Virus record (IMG/VR): IMGVR_UViG_3300022181_000120
Span: 1-57,069 of that record
Source: a virus
Taxonomy: Duplodnaviria; Caudoviricetes
Reading direction: 5' to 3' (one strand)
DNA: 57,069 bases
Part shown: positions 1 through 9,801 of the stretch, piece by piece
Numbering within the stretch: the first letter of the stretch is position 1
Layout of the letters: every line of letters begins with the position of its first letter
The notes under the pieces: model-generated
Database searches by the model: none
What the model was told of the DNA's origin: nothing
Seen by the model: the letters and a program-made list of their open reading frames with translations, nothing else
Made by a program: the position numbers and the translations under genes

Positions 1-336
1 ATGGGGAAATTTATTATTACCACCAGAAAAAATGGTGAATTTCAGTTCAATCTTAAGGCCGGAAACGGACAGGTGATCTTATCGAGCGAGGGTTACACTA
101 CCAAAGCTGCATGCTTGAACGGTGTGGAGTCGGTAAAGAAAAATTCGCAGGAAGATGCCCGTTTCGAGAGAAACGTGGCAAAAAACGGTAAATTTTATTT
201 CAATCTGAAAGCCGGTAACGGTCAGGTGATCGGTAACAGTGAAATGTATGAAAGCGAAACCGCGAGAGAAAACGGTATCAAATCGGTAAAAACCAATGCT
301 CCCGATGCCGAAGTAGTTGATGAGGCGGTTTCTTGA
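1..336 (+). CDS. YegP/DUF1508 family protein (host)
   Basis: Two tandem FxFNLKAGNGQVIxxSExY repeats typical of DUF1508/YegP. Confidence 0.9.
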   Translation: MGKFIITTRKNGEFQFNLKAGNGQVILSSEGYTTKAACLNGVESVKKNSQEDARFERNVAKNGKFYFNLKAGNGQVIGNSEMYESETARENGIKSVKTNAPDAEVVDEAVS

Positions 337-355
337 AGTGTTGCATTAAAAAATT

Positions 356-399
356 AAAATCCCTGCCTGAATTTAAAGAATTGGAGCAGGGATTTTTTT
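356..399 (+). terminator. Intrinsic terminator after the YegP-like gene
   Basis: AAAATCCCTGC...GCAGGGATTTTTTT inverted repeat followed by a T run. Confidence 0.7.
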
Positions 400-418
400 A
401 GGAGTGCAGGGATTTACT

Positions 419-730
419 TCATTTAGTTAACCTTTCGCAGATCGCATAGACATCTGTTTTTATCGATTCCCTTCCTCCAATTTTCCATTCCCATTCCGGT
501 TTTAGCAATTTGGAAAATAACAAACTGCAAATTTCATCGGACGAAAGTGCATCAAGTTGTTTTCCGTCAATTACGACCTCTTCTTTTTCATCCCGGGCGA
601 TATTTTTGCTGTAATCGATATGATCGTCAGATGAAGCAAACCGGATACCGAGATACTCGCGTTTATTGCTATCAGGAACGGATCTCCACCAAACGAATAT
701 GCTGTGATCACTTGCGTTGGAAGTTTTCAT
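419..730 (-). CDS. Hypothetical protein (host side)
   Basis: 103-aa ORF with no recognisable motif. Confidence 0.5.
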   Translation of the reverse strand: MKTSNASDHSIFVWWRSVPDSNKREYLGIRFASSDDHIDYSKNIARDEKEEVVIDGKQLDALSSDEICSLLFSKLLKPEWEWKIGGRESIKTDVYAICERLTK

Positions 731-818
731 CTGTTTTTAAGTTTTTAGTTTTATACAATATATACAATAAACCCATGAAAGCTTAATCAGTTCAATCGGA
801 AGTGAAAGTTTTGGCGTC

Positions 819-1352
819 CTAAATTGAATTTATCGCGTAAAGCGGTAAATTTGTCATCCATTTTTCCTCTTTGTAGTCGGAAAGGGAAGTGTGAATTGCT
901 TTTGTCGGCTTGTATTTTTCGCAGAAGATCTTGAAGCTTTTGGCTTTAAGATTTTCACCTGATTTCACTTCAATTGGTATTATTTCGTCATCTTCGGTTT
1001 GGACAAGAAAATCAACTTCGTGCTTGCTGTTGTCAAATGTGAAATAATGAATGGACAGCTTCTCATTTTGAGTCAGTTGTTGAAATACAAACTGTTCTGC
1101 TAAAGCTCCCTTAAATTAAGTAAAAGCAGCATCACCATCAACGGTTGTTTTTGAACTTAATCGCGACATAGCGCTCAATAGCCCAACATCATTGTGATAG
1201 AGCTTAAATGCGGACAATTCCTGATAAGCAACTAACGGTAAGGCCGGTTTTGATACATTGTAAACCTTGTGCAGTAGTCCGGCAATTCCGTTTTCTCCCA
1301 TGGCAAGCAAAAATTCATAAAAGGATAGGGGACAGAGTTTTATAAAAAACAA
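819..1352 (-). pseudogene. Degraded AAA/DUF4143 ATP-binding protein
   Basis: Minus strand reads LCPLSFYEFLLAMGE..AGLLHKVYNVSKPALPL..FKLY..DVGLL..DAAFT*FKGALAEQFVFQQL..EVDFLVQ..IIPIEVKSGENLKAKSFK; in-frame stop, N-terminus missing, apparent internal deletion. Confidence 0.8.
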
Positions 1353-1378
1353 TAACCGACTGCTAATGAGTCGGTTAT
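1352..1378. terminator. Hairpin downstream of the att/tRNA 3' remnant
   Basis: ATAACCGACT-gctaatg-AGTCGGTTAT perfect 10-bp inverted repeat. Confidence 0.5.
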
Positions 1379-1388
1379 GTAGTTAAAA

Positions 1389-1403
1389 GTTGTCCTACCA
1401 GGA
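1389..1403 (-). repeat. Putative att core: 3' end of tRNA-Gln (prophage left junction)
   Basis: Reverse complement TCCTGGTAGGACAAC resembles the T-arm/acceptor 3' end of Bacteroidales tRNA-Gln; lies 130 bp beyond the integrase stop. Confidence 0.65.
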
Positions 1404-1532
1404 AAACACGCTGTGATTTTGTTCATTTTCATGAATTTCCACAACCACGCTAAATATCTTATCGCCAGTAACTATAAGTATGAAGTAAGACATATATAAC
1501 TGCATAGACTTTCATGATTTTAGTCCGACATT

Positions 1533-2819
1533 TTACAATGTCGGACTTTTCTTATTGAATTTAGCCATTTCTTTATTTTTCAGTGCATCCACTATTTCGA
1601 TATATGGTTTCATCGACTCATAATCTTCATGTCCGGTCCAACGCATGACAACTTCTGACGGTATTCCAAGATAGAGAGCATTTACAATAAAAGTCCTTCG
1701 TCCGATATGTGTTGAAAACAATTCATATCTTGGAACGACATCCTCGTACCTTGTGGAACCTATGTAATATACGATTCTTGTTGGGGTGTTGAATTCAAGA
1801 AGTTTTCCTATCTCTTTGATATAATCATTCATCTTCTGATTGCTCATTACAGGAAGTGCTAAATCATCAGGAAAAATATCATTTTCATATTTTTTCAATA
1901 TTTCACGTGAATAATCGTTTAAATCGATATATAATCCTTCGTCTGTTTTTTCTGAGAAAACTACAATATGATTTTCTTTTACATCTGACCTCCTGAGAGT
2001 TATTAAATCGGAATGCCTAAGAGAGGTAAAACAGCAAAAGCAAATACAATCACGTACCCGCTCGAATGTCTTGTTCCCAAACTTGTAATTATATAGGAAA
2101 AGCAGCTCAGTCCAGTTAAAAAAGACAAGCGTATTTAGCTTGCCGTCCAATCCTTTCAGTTCTACTTTGTATTTATTCTGATCCCCTTTGTAGTAGTCTC
2201 TCTTTTTTGCCCAAGTGAGGAACCATTTTAGCATCGACACGTAACGCTCAACGGTTGAATTTTGCAACCCTTTCTCTGGGTATTTTATGTTCCTTCTTGC
2301 AGATTTTGTATTGAGAAACTTTATAAAATCGTTTATTGTTTTTTCTTGTTCTAAATTGGTAAATGTTATTTCAGGATTAAAGTCTCGGAGTTGATTTTTT
2401 ATTGTTTCATTTTTTTGAATATTCTTTTTTGTCCATCCTTTTTTTTCGCTTTGTGCTGTTATGTAATCATCAAAAACATCAAATACGGAAATATTTATAG
2501 GCTTGCTTTTGCCAATCAATATGTTGAAACTCGTTTTGAATTCATCTAAACTCGGATTATTATTTTGTTTGAAAACATCATCAACGGCATCCTCGTATTT
2601 TTGAATTTCCCGATTAATTTCGCTGGCGGAGACTTTATCTTTCCCATGTGTTGTATTTGCTATACACCTGTTTGTTTCCTTGCTCCACTTTGATGGATTG
2701 ACGGTATACGGGATTAAAGCCTGGGATAATTTTTCATTCCAGCGCACACGCATTCTTATTCGCACTTCATTGGGGCGATTGTTTTTTGTTTCTAATACGT
2801 ATGTTATCGAGTATTTCAC
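1533..2819 (-). CDS. Tyrosine integrase
   Basis: Arm-binding-like N-terminus (IRMRVRW); catalytic R (TSLRHSD), HxxR (HIGRR), H (TGH) and Y (MKPY). Confidence 0.95.
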   Translation of the reverse strand: MKYSITYVLETKNNRPNEVRIRMRVRWNEKLSQALIPYTVNPSKWSKETNRCIANTTHGKDKVSASEINREIQKYEDAVDDVFKQNNNPSLDEFKTSFNILIGKSKPINISVFDVFDDYITAQSEKKGWTKKNIQKNETIKNQLRDFNPEITFTNLEQEKTINDFIKFLNTKSARRNIKYPEKGLQNSTVERYVSMLKWFLTWAKKRDYYKGDQNKYKVELKGLDGKLNTLVFFNWTELLFLYNYKFGNKTFERVRDCICFCCFTSLRHSDLITLRRSDVKENHIVVFSEKTDEGLYIDLNDYSREILKKYENDIFPDDLALPVMSNQKMNDYIKEIGKLLEFNTPTRIVYYIGSTRYEDVVPRYELFSTHIGRRTFIVNALYLGIPSEVVMRWTGHEDYESMKPYIEIVDALKNKEMAKFNKKSPTL

Positions 2820-3067
2820 CTGTACATATTTCCTTTACCGGTCATCAGCCATTCAGATGATATACCGTAGTCGTTCACGAGGTGGGCAAGCCAGGATATT
2901 TGGAACTTGTCAGATTCACGAACTCTCCGAGAATCGTAGAACGTTGACTTTGGAATATCGTACAGGTCAATGAACTGTTGATTGTTCCTAATTCTCCCTT
3001 TTGACTTAAGGGAGTCAAACGCCTCAAAAAAGCGGTCGATAATTTTAATGCTTTCTGGATTGTTCAT
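2816..3067 (-). CDS. Small HTH DNA-binding protein
   Basis: Ends YGISSEWLMTGKGNM, typical of phage XRE-like HTH proteins. Confidence 0.7.
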   Translation of the reverse strand: MNNPESIKIIDRFFEAFDSLKSKGRIRNNQQFIDLYDIPKSTFYDSRRVRESDKFQISWLAHLVNDYGISSEWLMTGKGNMYR

Positions 3068-3249
3068 AAGAGTAAATTTAGTTCATTAATATATTCCTTA
3101 ATATCACTTGAAGGTTTATTTTCAACAAAGGAGCGATCAAAGTCTATTTTTGCTTTAAGCAAAGCATCTGAAACATCTTTGTCCGTCAATTCTCCGTTTA
3201 CTTTTTTCTTGTAAAAGGAGAGTAAGGTGGAGTAGTGTTCTGCTGTCAT
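3064..3249 (-). CDS. Hypothetical protein
   Basis: Translationally coupled (4-bp overlaps) within the repressor operon. Confidence 0.55.
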   Translation of the reverse strand: MTAEHYSTLLSFYKKKVNGELTDKDVSDALLKAKIDFDRSFVENKPSSDIKEYINELNLLL

Positions 3250-3728
3250 TTTTGTACAAATTTTCCTGCATCTCCATCATTTTCTATATCACCCCATATA
3301 AACACGAAATCATGCTTGGAGAGTTTTGTAAGTGATATTTCCTTATATCCGTAAAAATAGAACATTGGCCATGAATATCCATCCGGTTTGTAGAAAACGA
3401 TTATTGTATAAGCCCCGTTATTTATGTCTTCGAATGTGTTTATTCCAGAGAATGAATCCGATGTATAAGCTGGTGTTGCGGCGCTCCCGTTTTTAAGAGT
3501 CATTTTCTGATTATTAGCCATCGAAGAAACGGATTTTTCAAAGTCAAACTCAGATGATTTTTCTTTATACAACATAACAAGAGACGGTGATGCCGTTTTA
3601 TTTGTTTCAGTTCCTACATATTTGTATGATACATTAACCATCAGCGTACTCGTTGTAGGCTCTTTCGGTTCGTCTTTTCCGCATGCAGCCAATATAATGA
3701 CTGGTAGAATAAAAAGTACTTTTTTCAT
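3246..3728 (-). CDS. Lipoprotein of the lysogeny module (possible superinfection exclusion)
   Basis: Signal peptide MKKVLFILPVIILAA-C with lipobox; co-oriented with the repressor. Confidence 0.75.
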   Translation of the reverse strand: MKKVLFILPVIILAACGKDEPKEPTTSTLMVNVSYKYVGTETNKTASPSLVMLYKEKSSEFDFEKSVSSMANNQKMTLKNGSAATPAYTSDSFSGINTFEDINNGAYTIIVFYKPDGYSWPMFYFYGYKEISLTKLSKHDFVFIWGDIENDGDAGKFVQK

Positions 3729-3787
3729 TATAATGAATTTTATAGTTAATCATTTAGTTTTTTTCAGGTACATTGGAACCACCTTAT

Positions 3788-4159
3788 CTATCCTATATTG
3801 GCGCTTGGTGGGATATCCGTGAAGTCCGATTTTGCTGAAAAAAATTCCAATGCACGCTGTTGAGACTTTATTACTTCTTGTTGGCTACTTATAATTTGTA
3901 TTTGTTGCTTAATCATTTCCCATGCCTCAATTGAAATGGAAACTACGTCATTATTGGAAGGCTTATCGTCATTTACTACGTACTTAAGTATTTCCTGTTC
4001 ACCATATTCGGCTATTAAAATCTGATATTGTTCTGCCGTAATATCCCTATTATCCTTTTCAAGCATAGAAATATTCGCTTGCCCAGTGCCAAACATTAAC
4101 CCTATTTGCGATTGAGTTAAGCCTTTGTCTTCCCTAAATTTTTTTAAATCTACTTTCAT
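3788..4159 (-). CDS. CI-like XRE repressor
   Basis: LKKFREDKGLTQSQIG..QANISMLEK HTH; divergent from the Cro-like gene. Confidence 0.85.
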   Translation of the reverse strand: MKVDLKKFREDKGLTQSQIGLMFGTGQANISMLEKDNRDITAEQYQILIAEYGEQEILKYVVNDDKPSNNDVVSISIEAWEMIKQQIQIISSQQEVIKSQQRALEFFSAKSDFTDIPPSANIG

Positions 4160-4283
4160 ATTAAAATATCATTAAATATCAGTGATGTAATGTTTTGCAG
4201 CTTGTAAACAATAATTCAATGAATAATAGTGTAAATTAACATGTTAAATAATACTAAATATTAGTGTTTATATTGGAAATATC

Positions 4284-4314
4284 ATTGATATATCAATTAT
4301 AATATGTATCTTTA
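4284..4314 (+). promoter_or_regulatory. Rightward early promoter with an operator palindrome
   Basis: TTG (4285) and TATCTTTA (4307) spaced 19 nt, Bacteroidetes -33/-7 type; perfect palindrome ATTGATATATCAAT at 4284-4297. Confidence 0.55.
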
Positions 4315-4431
4315 CCATATCAAAACAACACAAATATATATAATATAATAAGTGTGACCAAAAAAATAACTTATGAATATAAAAAAATAGTCTCTATGGA
4401 CTACCATTTCAAACAATAAAAAATAATAACT

Positions 4432-4635
4432 ATGACATTGAAAGAATTTTACAAGAACATTCCGCAGCAAACAGCTCCAAAAAAGGAGTGGTTGGAAGAA
4501 GTAGCTGAGAAGCTCGAAGTATCCGTTCCCACTGTAAGAGGATGGGTGAACGGTAGATTCAAGCCATCTCATCCAAGCTTTTACAGGGGTTTAAGCGAGA
4601 TAACCGGAATTCCGGAAGAAGAACTTTTTGAATAA
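4432..4635 (+). CDS. Cro-like HTH regulator
   Basis: EVAEKLEVSVPTVRGWVNG HTH, 67 aa, divergent from the repressor. Confidence 0.85.
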   Translation: MTLKEFYKNIPQQTAPKKEWLEEVAEKLEVSVPTVRGWVNGRFKPSHPSFYRGLSEITGIPEEELFE

Positions 4636-4641
4636 TAGGAT

Positions 4642-5205
4642 ATGAGCACAATGATCGAATTTTACACCGATTATTCTTCGGGACAGGCAATGTACCGCTT
4701 TATCGGTGAAGACAGTTGCAGGGAATTAAAGGAGAGCGACACCGAAATCATAAAGTTGATTCTGGATAACAGCAAGGAGTTCTACCCGGAGCAGTATGCA
4801 GCGCTTGAAAAGGAGTATGCAAAAAGCAGTTGCAACAAAAGATATTTTGATTTTTTGCGAGCACGAAGGATTATAAATTGCTGCTTTGGAGAGAATGATT
4901 GCAGGGTTGATTTTGACCGAGGGTTTTTCAATTTCGAGTTAGTGAAGTGCCCAAGAATGGCAGAGTGTAAATATTATAAGATTATTTGCCAGCCGAAATT
5001 CAATACAGCGCTAACAGAAAGGGAAAACGAAGTAATGAAGATGTACTACCAGAACGTAAGTACGGAAGACATCGCAGAAAAACTTTTTATAAGCATCCAT
5101 ACGGTTAACAATCACCGTAAGAGTGCTTTAAGAAAATTGAATTTAACCTCACTAGCGGAGTTTATTGCTTACGCTTTTAAAAAGAAAATGTATGAAAGTA
5201 TTTAA
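4642..5205 (+). CDS. LuxR-type C-terminal HTH regulator
   Basis: LTERENEVM..IAEKLFISIHTVNNHRKSALRKL; Cys cluster upstream. Confidence 0.85.
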   Translation: MSTMIEFYTDYSSGQAMYRFIGEDSCRELKESDTEIIKLILDNSKEFYPEQYAALEKEYAKSSCNKRYFDFLRARRIINCCFGENDCRVDFDRGFFNFELVKCPRMAECKYYKIICQPKFNTALTERENEVMKMYYQNVSTEDIAEKLFISIHTVNNHRKSALRKLNLTSLAEFIAYAFKKKMYESI

Positions 5206-5425
5206 CCATGAAACTTTATTTGATACAGCAAACAGAACAATGACGTTTCTTATCCACCCGAGATTGCAGATTGTGGTAAATTTCGCAGAGTACGAAATAA
5301 TCATCATCAAGGACGGGAAAATTATTGACAGGGAAAACTGCAAAGGTGAACATTTCTCCATCGATGATTTGGAATTAGTTCTAACCCAAGCCAACGAGGC
5401 GGCTGAAAAACTTAAAAAGGTATGA
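5192..5425 (+). CDS. Hypothetical protein
   Basis: ATG at 5192, coupled to neighbouring genes. Confidence 0.6.
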   Translation: MKVFNHETLFDTANRTMTFLIHPRLQIVVNFAEYEIIIIKDGKIIDRENCKGEHFSIDDLELVLTQANEAAEKLKKV

Positions 5426-5682
5426 GGGAAGATACGAGAATAATTGATTTAACGGTTGGCGAGCTGAAGGATATTTTAAGATCGGAAGCTCCGAAGATAG
5501 AAGAAAAAAAGGAAAGACGTCTGGTTTACGGATTATCAGGTATAGCTGAAATATTCAATTGTTCCACTTCGACCGCACAGAGGATTAAGAACAGTGGAAA
5601 GATAAACAAAGCTATTACCCAAGTAGGCAGAAAGATTGTCGTAGATGCGGAATTAGCATTAAAGTTACATAATAACCATTAA
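5422..5682 (+). CDS. DUF3853 family (excisionase-like) protein
   Basis: IIDLTVGEL..VYGLSGIAEIFNCS..A.RIK.SG.I.KAITQ.GRKIVVDAELAL. Confidence 0.85.
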   Translation: MREDTRIIDLTVGELKDILRSEAPKIEEKKERRLVYGLSGIAEIFNCSTSTAQRIKNSGKINKAITQVGRKIVVDAELALKLHNNH

Positions 5683-5693
5683 AATTAAAAATC

Positions 5694-5933
5694 ATGTTTG
5701 GAATTAAAGTAAAACGGAGAATTGAGCAACTCGAAGGAGAGATAAGGCTCTTGAAAGCAGAGAATGCGGCTATGATAAAAGCAGCGGATGAATCGTCTGA
5801 AACGTATCAGTATGAAATAAACAGACTTAGAGCATCCAGAGAACGCTATAGGGAACTCTACAAAGAATACCACGAAAAGGTAAACAATCTAACCCGCAAA
5901 CGGGATGCAAAAGGACGGTTTGTAAAAGCGTAA
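5694..5933 (+). CDS. Hypothetical coiled-coil protein
   Basis: Ends RDAKGRFVK, a common phage motif. Confidence 0.65.
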   Translation: MFGIKVKRRIEQLEGEIRLLKAENAAMIKAADESSETYQYEINRLRASRERYRELYKEYHEKVNNLTRKRDAKGRFVKA

Positions 5934-5946
5934 AACTAATACACAC

Positions 5947-7926
5947 ATGGAAAAAGAAATTAAATTAAAAAAACTCCGAATGAATCACTTCAAAGCATTC
6001 AGGGATTTTGAAGTGAATTTCAGCGACAGAACAGTTATTTCAGGTAGGAACGCTTCTGGTAAATCTACGATATTTGACGCCTGGAGTTGGCTTCTTTTCG
6101 GTAAGGATAGTTTGGGAAGTGCAGACTTCCAGATTAAGACATTGGATGAAAATGGAAACGTTATCGAAAAGGTTGACCACGAGGTTTATGGAGAGCTTGA
6201 AATTAACGGCTCCATCACTACACTAAAAAGGATATTGCGTGAAAACTGGGTGAAGCCAAAAGGACAGGAGGTTGAATATCTGAAAGGCAATGAAACGAAA
6301 TGTTTTTTTGACGGGGTCCCTATTTCTGTTGGAGAATATCAAAAAAGGGTAAATGATATTGTTGATGAAAACATTTTCAAGTTGATAACAAACACCAGTT
6401 ATTTTCATTCGCTAAAAAAAGAGGACAGGAGAAATATTCTCATATCGCTGGCCGGTGATATTTCTGATGATGAAATTGCTAAGAATAACGGAGATTTAAG
6501 CGAGATAGTCGAATTGATGAAGACTTCATCAAATGAGGACATCAAAAAGCGTATAGCGGCTGAAAAAAAGCGTATCAATGCAGAGGCAATGGAGATACCT
6601 ATACGCATCAGTGAATTGCAGAGAAATATGCCCGAAGTGGTAGATTTTAAAGCTATCGAAAAGAAGATTAATGGAAAGAAGAAGGAATTATCTGAGATTG
6701 ACAAATTGTTATCCGATGAACAGGAAAAAGTCAAGGCCAAGATTAATAAAGCGAATAAGAAACGTAAAGAAATCGGAGAACTTCGTTTGCAACAGCAGGA
6801 TATTTTGATTGAAGCCGAGCTGGAATCTGCAAGGCTTGCAAGTGAAAAAAACAAGGATTTCTTAAATTTTGGGTCAATCCTTAAAGATAAATTGGATAAG
6901 TCTTCGAGAGCGGAGAAAAGAGTTTTGGAAAAGAAAAATGATATTTCCGATATTAACTATAAGATATCCGAACTCAATAGGGAACGTGAAAAACTGGTAG
7001 AACAGTGGAAAGAAGAGAGCGCCAAACAGTACGTTAAAAAAGACGGGTGTTTGATTTGCCCTTTGTATAATCATGAATGTACGGATAACGAAGCGCTGTT
7101 CAAGTTCTCACAGGGAACAACAGATGCCGAGGCTGAATTCAATGCCAGAAGAAGCAAGAGGATTGCTGAAATTAATGAGCAGGGACTTTCCGTGAAAGAT
7201 AAAATATCAGCCAATACTAAAGCGTTATCGGAATACGAAAAAGAACTCTTATCTCTCAAATCGGAACATGAAAGCATTTTCGAGGATTACACAGCTTTCT
7301 CAAATCTTACTCCCGTTGAATACAAGCCGGAACCTGTTATCAAAGAAAACATACCGGAATGGGCAGAGCTCGAGGCAAAGATAAATTCAATAAACGTCAA
7401 AGAGGTTGAGTTTGATAATTCAGAATTGAACGAAAAGAGAAAATCCATAGAGGATGAAATTTCAACGCTTCAGGCTGAATTAATTAAAAAAGTTCAGATA
7501 GAAAACACCTTTAAGCGAATTGATGAGTTGCAAAAAGAACAGCGTAGGCTTGCACAGGCGCTTTCAGAGCAAGAAAGCATTGAGAATAAACTGCTCAAGT
7601 TTAATAAAATTAAAATGGAGGAAGTTGGAAAGCGGGTAAATGACAAATTCAAATATGTCACATTTAAGCTTTTTGACAAAACCCTTGATGGGAACGACTT
7701 TGAAACGTGCGAAACGCTCATTGACGGAGTGCCGTATTTTTCGGCTAATAACGCTGCACGGATAAACGGAGCGCTCGATATAATTAGCACCGTTTGCGAA
7801 TATAACGGAATATTTGCTCCTATTATGATTGATAATTCAGAGAGCGTCAACGAGATAATCCCTACAAAATCACAATTGATATTATTGGAAGTGACGAAAG
7901 GAAACTTTACTATTAATAATAAGTGA
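5947..7926 (+). CDS. SMC/Rad50-like AAA ATPase
   Basis: Walker A GRNASGKST, long coiled coil, central Cys motif, C-terminal IMIDNSES Walker B. Confidence 0.85.
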   Translation: MEKEIKLKKLRMNHFKAFRDFEVNFSDRTVISGRNASGKSTIFDAWSWLLFGKDSLGSADFQIKTLDENGNVIEKVDHEVYGELEINGSITTLKRILRENWVKPKGQEVEYLKGNETKCFFDGVPISVGEYQKRVNDIVDENIFKLITNTSYFHSLKKEDRRNILISLAGDISDDEIAKNNGDLSEIVELMKTSSNEDIKKRIAAEKKRINAEAMEIPIRISELQRNMPEVVDFKAIEKKINGKKKELSEIDKLLSDEQEKVKAKINKANKKRKEIGELRLQQQDILIEAELESARLASEKNKDFLNFGSILKDKLDKSSRAEKRVLEKKNDISDINYKISELNREREKLVEQWKEESAKQYVKKDGCLICPLYNHECTDNEALFKFSQGTTDAEAEFNARRSKRIAEINEQGLSVKDKISANTKALSEYEKELLSLKSEHESIFEDYTAFSNLTPVEYKPEPVIKENIPEWAELEAKINSINVKEVEFDNSELNEKRKSIEDEISTLQAELIKKVQIENTFKRIDELQKEQRRLAQALSEQESIENKLLKFNKIKMEEVGKRVNDKFKYVTFKLFDKTLDGNDFETCETLIDGVPYFSANNAARINGALDIISTVCEYNGIFAPIMIDNSESVNEIIPTKSQLILLEVTKGNFTINNK

Positions 7927-7965
7927 TATTTAACATCTGAAAATGAGATATTTAACATAAAAAAT

Positions 7966-7996
7966 GGTCGTCATTAAAGACCTTTTATTAACTTTA
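7966..7996 (+). promoter_or_regulatory. GGTCG palindromic motif copy 1 plus -7 box
   Basis: GGTCGTCATTAAAGACC followed by TAACTTTA (7989) upstream of RecT. Confidence 0.6.
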
Positions 7997-8017
7997 TGCT
8001 GTTAAAAAACATACATC

Positions 8018-8872
8018 ATGGAAGAAAAAAAACAAGAAAAAAACAACAAATTGTCTGTTATCCAAAAGGATATAGCCGACAGCGTAACAACGAGGATTAA
8101 CGAGCTTCAAGAAATGGGTGCTCTGGTTCTCCCGAAGACTTATGCAGTAGGAAATGAATTAAAAATGGCATTTTTCGCCCTACAAGAGGTGAAAGATAAA
8201 AATGGCAAACCTGCTTTGGAGGTGTGCACAAAAGAAAGCGTTGCGAATGCTCTCTTGAAAATGGCTATTCAGGGATTATCTGTTTGGAGAAAACAATGCG
8301 ATTTCATCGTTTATGGTAACAAGCTAAGTTGCGAGAGAGAGTATCACGGAACAATAGCTTTAGCATTAAGAACAGGGCAAGTTACCGGAATACCGGAAGC
8401 AGAAATAATCTATGAAAAAGACACTTTTAAATACCGTATTGTAAACGGGAAAAAGGAAGTCGTCGAACACGAACAGGATTTGGAAAACATAGATATCAAC
8501 AAGATTAAAGGAGCTTATGCGATTGTTCCATTATCAGACGGTACATTCTACACCGAAATTATGACCATTCAGCAAATCAGGCAAGCATGGATGCAGGGTG
8601 CAATGAAGGGGCAATCAGGAGCGCATAAGAACTTTACGGACCAGATGGCAAAGAAAACGGTTATTTCAAGGGCTTTGAAATTATTCATCAGTTCCAGCGA
8701 TGATGCATCACTTCTCGAAGATGAAGCCGAACCAATACCGGTTGAAGAAAAAAGAGAAACGCTTGAAGAGGTTGACTTTCAAGATGGCGAGGTAATTTCA
8801 TCCGAGCTTCTGAAAGAAGAGGAAAAACAAACAATAGAGCCAGAAGCAGAAGAACCAAACTGGATGTCATGA
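8018..8872 (+). CDS. recT: RecT-family recombinase
   Basis: SVANALLKMAIQGLS..QCDFIVYG..MAKKTVISRALK RecT core. Confidence 0.85.
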   Translation: MEEKKQEKNNKLSVIQKDIADSVTTRINELQEMGALVLPKTYAVGNELKMAFFALQEVKDKNGKPALEVCTKESVANALLKMAIQGLSVWRKQCDFIVYGNKLSCEREYHGTIALALRTGQVTGIPEAEIIYEKDTFKYRIVNGKKEVVEHEQDLENIDINKIKGAYAIVPLSDGTFYTEIMTIQQIRQAWMQGAMKGQSGAHKNFTDQMAKKTVISRALKLFISSSDDASLLEDEAEPIPVEEKRETLEEVDFQDGEVISSELLKEEEKQTIEPEAEEPNWMS

Positions 8873-9072
8873 GAATGGTAAGTAAGAATATTGCACTTGG
8901 TGAACCGATAACTGATATAAGAGACATCTTGAGACTTGCAAGCGAGCGCAAATCTGTAATATGGAAATCAGGACTTTCCTATTTCGTACGTCCGGCATCA
9001 TTTTTCTTAGGTTGGCCTCTAATACAAGTGATGAACGCAAAACTTTTTTACTCGGTAAAAATTAATGAATAA
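8869..9072 (+). CDS. Hypothetical protein
   Basis: Coupled ORF. Confidence 0.55.
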   Translation: MRMVSKNIALGEPITDIRDILRLASERKSVIWKSGLSYFVRPASFFLGWPLIQVMNAKLFYSVKINE

Positions 9073-9800
9073 TGAAACTTAGATGTTTAGGCTCAAGTAG
9101 TAGCGGTAACTGCTATATTCTTTCCAATAATAAAGAAGAAATTATTTTGGAAGCAGGTGTGAAATTCAGTGAAATTAAAAAAGCACTTAATTTCGACCTC
9201 TCCAAGGTGAAAGGTGTTGTTGTATCCCATCTGCACGGGGATCACTCGAAATCGATTAAGGATTTTATCTATTCCGGTATTCCTGTCTTGGCAGATGAAA
9301 GTGTATTTAATCATCACCAGGTTCCAGCATCAGTAATTGCTATTCACCAGCATGAATACAAATTCGGTAATTTTTCAATAAAACCTTTTTCGGTTGAGCA
9401 TGACGTTCCAACATTTGGATTCTTAATAAATCATCCAGAAATGGGGAAAACTGTATTCATAACTGATACGGGAGAAGTGAATTATACCTTCAAAAAACTC
9501 AACAACATTATCATTGAGGCGAATTTCAGTGAAGATATAATAGAGGATAATGTAATGAAAGGAATAATTCACCCGGTACATGAAGAAAGGGTAAGAAAGT
9601 CGCATTTGAGCATACAGAAATGCATCGAGTGGTTGAGTATAATTGATACAAGTGCTGTGAATAATATTGTTTTGGCTCACCTGAGCAGCCAGAATAGTGA
9701 CCAGGAACAGTTCAAAAAGATGGTGGTTAGTAAGTTCTCAAAGAACGTTCATATCGCCGGAAAATATCTAAACATACCTTTTGAAATACTTCCTTTTTGA
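9072..9800 (+). CDS. MBL-fold metallo-hydrolase (phage exonuclease-like)
   Basis: GSSSSGNCY, SHLHGDH, HD, TDTG, LAHLS motifs. Confidence 0.9.
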   Translation: MKLRCLGSSSSGNCYILSNNKEEIILEAGVKFSEIKKALNFDLSKVKGVVVSHLHGDHSKSIKDFIYSGIPVLADESVFNHHQVPASVIAIHQHEYKFGNFSIKPFSVEHDVPTFGFLINHPEMGKTVFITDTGEVNYTFKKLNNIIIEANFSEDIIEDNVMKGIIHPVHEERVRKSHLSIQKCIEWLSIIDTSAVNNIVLAHLSSQNSDQEQFKKMVVSKFSKNVHIAGKYLNIPFEILPF

Positions 9801-9801
9801 T

